A stretch of 49,322 bases of DNA from a virus (lineage: Duplodnaviria > Caudoviricetes): IMG/VR virus record IMGVR_UViG_3300016476_000832, positions 1 through 49,322 of that record; one strand, 5' to 3'. The notes under the pieces are model-generated. The model did no database searches, was not told where the DNA came from, and saw only the letters and a program-made list of their open reading frames with translations. Below, one piece after another: positions 45,935 to 49,322 of the stretch. The position numbers and the translations under genes are program-made. Positions within the stretch are counted from its first letter, which is position 1; every line of letters begins with the position of its first letter.

Positions 45935-48207
45935 TATTCTTCATCTCCTTCTTGGCCTTGTTTACCTAGATATGTATTATATCCCTCTAGAGGACTCCAG
46001 TCTCCTAGATCCATTCCAAGCAGATAATCCACAGCTTGCTGAGCCTTAGAAGCGGAGAGCTGAAGAATCTCAGGGTTTCCGTCCTTTAGAACCCTAAACC
46101 AGCTCTGCATATATGCCTGAGTATTGTCGACATCGTAATTAACGCCAAACATTTCACCCAGGATTGCAGCTCCCATTTCAGCAATAAGCTCTTCCTGAGC
46201 CCTAGCCTGACCATCTGGGTTACCGTAATCTTTTACAAGCTCGGAGCGGTCCAATCTGCTTGGGTGTCCGGTGCTGTGGGTTAGCTCGTGCATTAAAGTG
46301 TCGAATATCTCTTCAGGAGACTCAAACTGAGCCAGCCCAGGAAGAGTGATTCTATCTGAGAAAGGCGACCAGTTGGGGGAGCTGGAGTGATCTGAATAGT
46401 CGCCAACATATGAATAGTCAATAAGTGGAGCCTTTAGTCCCTTTGCTTCCATGCTCTTTATGTATCGATCAATAATAAACTGCTGAGCATCTACTGGCTT
46501 CATGTCAGTGCTTGGCTTATCATCTGGAAGATTTAAGCCATCAATCTGAGAAACGTTAAAGACAGTTGCCGTCTTAAAGTAAAGCTTGCTAAACCCTGTG
46601 GGCTTTCCGTCTTTGTCTAGCAGTGGATCGCCATTTTTATCTTTAGTGACTAAGAACTTGACAGGAACAAGAATCGGCACACCCTTTTCTCCCTTGCGAA
46701 CCTGTCCGCCTAAGTCTTTGGCTTGGTTGTAGGTCATCCAGCGAGAGTCAGTGTATCCCTCAGACATTGAAACAATCTTCAACCAGAATGAGTTGAAACC
46801 GCTATATAGTCTCTTGCTAGACGGGTTTCTCGGGATTCCGCTACCGCCAGTAAACTCGAAGCCGTCTTTAAACCCCTTGCGCCATGGAATTATGGAATTT
46901 CCAAGCTTATTCAACTTTTCAATCAAAGCATCATAAACTTTTTGCTTAGCCTTATCACTACTAGAGACATCTTGGTCTAGCGAAACCTCAACTAGGTCCA
47001 TCGCTTCAATCGAAGCCTGGCTAGTGTCGGGGTTAATGCTGGAAGCCAACGGGGTAAGCTCTGTGTTTCTGAACTCGGTTGGGGTCTTCGGCTTCTTAGT
47101 CTCTGATGGGTTCCATTTCGGCATAGTGTCTATGTCGTTACCGAGCATGTAGTCGATAGCAGCCTGAGCCTTAACGGAAGCATCAGCAATGTCTTCGTCA
47201 GACAGACCCTCGTTTAGCGCCTGGGTCTTGATGTAGTTAGCTGAGTTTCTGGTGTCGTAGTCCAAGCCAAACATCTTCATAAGCATTGCAGATGCCATCT
47301 CTGCAATTACTTCCTCGCGGGCTCTCTGAGCTGAATCAGTTCCAGCCTGCTGAGTCTCAGGGCGGTTCTGGCGGAAAGCTGCTCCGGTGCTGTGGATCAG
47401 TTCGTGTGCAAGGCTTTGTACCCAAGCTTCGTCGCTCTTGAACTGGCTACGAAGAGGTAGCTTTACCCTGTCCCTGGAGTAGTTAGGGCTGCGGATCGGT
47501 CTGCCCGTGTCTGGGTTGACAGATGTGTCATCAATCTTCATTCCTAGGATTGAAGGAATACCGCGACGCTTGCGCTCAATCTCTGCTCGGTTGAATCTGT
47601 CTAGGATTACTTCGAAAGCCTCTTTAGGAGTGTACTTAACAGTCTCGGGGGCTTCGTAGGTTGGCATGCCGTCAAACTGCTCGGCGTTGAATACCTCTAC
47701 AGGAGTGAACTTAACAGTCTCTAGCTTGTTGCCGTTCTCGTCTTCGTACGAGTGGAGAACCGGAACTGCAATCATTGTTGGCGCAGCTTCAGGCTTTAGA
47801 GATGCTCCGTAAGACTTTTCTGCTTCCGCCTTTGTCAACCAGCGAGGGTCCGAGTAGCCAGCCTTGTCGGCAGCAGCCGAAAGGGCAACTAAGTTGAATG
47901 CCTTGTACTCTTGACCGCTCAGTGGGTTTACTGGACTGCGTCGGTCAGTCTTTGTAAAGTTCCTGAGCCACTGAGCAGGAGACTTGAAAGCGTCCTTAAC
48001 TTCCTGCATGATAGACGCGACTACGTTTTTGTTTGTAGATACGTCTTCAGCTGCCTTGTTTGGTAGCTCTGCAGAAGTTACCTTTTCGGTGGGCGCGGAA
48101 GATAACCTTAGCCTTAGTTCGCTAAATACGTCGTCAATCTCTTTCTGAGATATGACAGCGTTTTGGTCAAATCCGTCGACCCCCGTGTCGGGGGTTACGC
48201 TTTTTTT
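45934..48207 (-). CDS. tandem ArdC-like (ssDNA-binding domain + zincin metallopeptidase) x2; probably the frameshift-fused C-terminus of the upstream protein
   Basis: Two units, each with N....Y..FN...L......GY.D.RW.T...A and VFN..Q.DG, then HELIHSTG or HELTHSTG and EE.IAEM. Frame is open to 48252 with no start codon upstream of ATG 48009. Confidence 0.85.
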   Translation of the reverse strand, partial: KKSVTPDTGVDGFDQNAVISQKEIDDVFSELRLRLSSAPTEKVTSAELPNKAAEDVSTNKNVVASIMQEVKDAFKSPAQWLRNFTKTDRRSPVNPLSGQEYKAFNLVALSAAADKAGYSDPRWLTKAEAEKSYGASLKPEAAPTMIAVPVLHSYEDENGNKLETVKFTPVEVFNAEQFDGMPTYEAPETVKYTPKEAFEVILDRFNRAEIERKRRGIPSILGMKIDDTSVNPDTGRPIRSPNYSRDRVKLPLRSQFKSDEAWVQSLAHELIHSTGAAFRQNRPETQQAGTDSAQRAREEVIAEMASAMLMKMFGLDYDTRNSANYIKTQALNEGLSDEDIADASVKAQAAIDYMLGNDIDTMPKWNPSETKKPKTPTEFRNTELTPLASSINPDTSQASIEAMDLVEVSLDQDVSSSDKAKQKVYDALIEKLNKLGNSIIPWRKGFKDGFEFTGGSGIPRNPSSKRLYSGFNSFWLKIVSMSEGYTDSRWMTYNQAKDLGGQVRKGEKGVPILVPVKFLVTKDKNGDPLLDKDGKPTGFSKLYFKTATVFNVSQIDGLNLPDDKPSTDMKPVDAQQFIIDRYIKSMEAKGLKAPLIDYSYVGDYSDHSSSPNWSPFSDRITLPGLAQFESPEEIFDTLMHELTHSTGHPSRLDRSELVKDYGNPDGQARAQEELIAEMGAAILGEMFGVNYDVDNTQAYMQSWFRVLKDGNPEILQLSASKAQQAVDYLLGMDLGDWSPLEGYNTYLGKQGQEGDEE

Positions 48208-48221
48208 GAGAAGTGTTCCTC
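48179..48221 (-). other. putative programmed -1 frameshift cassette
   Basis: On - strand: GAGG-N10-A AAA AAA-GCGUA-ACCCCCG-ACA-CGGGGGU. Confidence 0.72.
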
Positions 48222-49322
48222 GACTAGCTTCTGAATCTCTGAAGCTAGCTCGTCAGAGAAATTGAAGTTACCTGAACCAATTGTCTGGCCATCAACCTTT
48301 ACGGAGTAAGCCGAACGCTCGTTATCAGAGTCAATATCTACTGATACACGGCCGTCCTCCGATGTGTAGGTGCCATCGCTAGGCTTCTCAGCTCCGCCCC
48401 CAACTGGATCAACAAGCTCGTTGCGGTCGAACTGATCAAACAAGTCAGAACCAACAGACTCGGCATAACCAGCTGGGTTAAGCTCAGGGTCGGTAGCCAT
48501 TTCGTCCATAGTTTCTGGAGTTGTTGGCTCATCTGGAACTTCTGCCTCGGCGGCTGCCTGCTTTTTTGCAACCAAGCCGCGGAGTCGGTCTGCATAGTCT
48601 TCTAGATCATTTGCTAGATCTCGGTCTCCACGGTTTTCACGAAGATCCTTAACAAGCTTGTCGATTCTATTAGCTACGTCTAGTGCCTGCTCTGGGGTTC
48701 TAGCATTATCGCCATCTTCCACAAGACTGTCGATCTCTTCTGGTCGGTAGCTACCGGGTCTAACATCTAGGTTGTAATCTGCAGCTTCGTTAGCAGCCCA
48801 AGCTAGTGCCTCATCCCTGTCTTCGAAGGTCATCTCGTCGCGAGAACGGTCATACTGAACAGTAGCAGTGAAGGTTCCGTCCTCATTCTCTGATACACGG
48901 GCCTCTGCTCCACCAGATCTAGAGTCTCCATAGGCTCCAGTGTCGTCAAGCTTTTCTACTATGGCATCTACGTCAGTCTCGAAATAAAGCTCGCGCTCTA
49001 TCTCTACCTTGTCGTAAATTTCATCTAGATAGAATCCTATTGATCCATCCTCGTGCCTAGCTGCAACTCCAAATCCGAACTTATCAATTAGGTCAGACTC
49101 CATTCGGTCAGCCAATTCATTTATGCTCTTAGATAACTCTGGAGAAATGTCTCTAGAGTTTGCTAGGTCTCGCATTTCATTCACGATGTCGCTTGCAATT
49201 CCAGCATTATCCGTCTCAGAGAATTCCTTGTATTCGTCTGAAATTGTGTTCTGACTTACACCCACTAGGTCTAAAGCATCTAGTTCTTTGGAAAGTCTAT
49301 CTGCAATGTCTTTGGTGCCGAT
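48195..49322 (-). CDS. large acidic protein, C-terminal part (start lies beyond window)
   Basis: Frame is open to the window end; D/E-rich; no recognised motif; lies upstream of the head genes. Confidence 0.85.
   Translation of the reverse strand: MGTKDIADRLSKELDALDLVGVSQNTISDEYKEFSETDNAGIASDIVNEMRDLANSRDISPELSKSINELADRMESDLIDKFGFGVAARHEDGSIGFYLDEIYDKVEIERELYFETDVDAIVEKLDDTGAYGDSRSGGAEARVSENEDGTFTATVQYDRSRDEMTFEDRDEALAWAANEAADYNLDVRPGSYRPEEIDSLVEDGDNARTPEQALDVANRIDKLVKDLRENRGDRDLANDLEDYADRLRGLVAKKQAAAEAEVPDEPTTPETMDEMATDPELNPAGYAESVGSDLFDQFDRNELVDPVGGGAEKPSDGTYTSEDGRVSVDIDSDNERSAYSVKVDGQTIGSGNFNFSDELASEIQKLVEEHFSKKA

Noticed and set aside
45934-48009. ArdC ORF as an independent gene starting at ATG 48009
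   Set aside because: No RBS, the start appears to truncate the first domain helix, and the open frame continues to the slippery site. Disfavoured but not excluded.
1-49322. Stop-codon reassignment, tRNAs, integrase, inteins/introns, reverse transcriptase
   Set aside because: Genes are intact under the standard code with TAG, TGA and TAA all used as stops, and no such elements were recognised by eye.

Overview
This window is part of the genome of a tailed phage (siphovirus-like: tape measure present, no sheath gene seen) of an actinobacterial host, judged from the WhiB gene, actinophage-type capsid and tail genes and a leaderless promoter. The + strand at left carries six 2OG-Fe(II) dioxygenases, an Ig-like adaptor, a collagen-like fibre, a Prim-Pol/D5 primase-helicase, two glycosyltransferases and a metallophosphoesterase. 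The - strand carries one long run, in transcription order: a large acidic protein (truncated by the window edge), tandem ArdC/zincin domains, a 1521-aa protease-containing multidomain protein, capsid, neck and tail genes, then Pol A, RuvC, SNF2 helicase, Cas4-like nuclease, AAA ATPase, SSB, a GT-B-like protein, a pyrimidine-dimer glycosylase-like protein and WhiB. Main hypotheses: (1) a dnaX-style -1 frameshift signal at about 48179-48221 fuses the acidic protein to the ArdC-metallopeptidase tandem; (2) a recurrent hydrophobic-x-A-(S/A)-(G/A) linker motif suggests the 1521-aa protein and the capsid protein are processed polyproteins; (3) the oxygenases and glycosyltransferases may modify the collagen fibre; (4) GGTAAAAT may be a late-promoter motif. 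Family calls come from motifs recognised by eye; no database searches were run.
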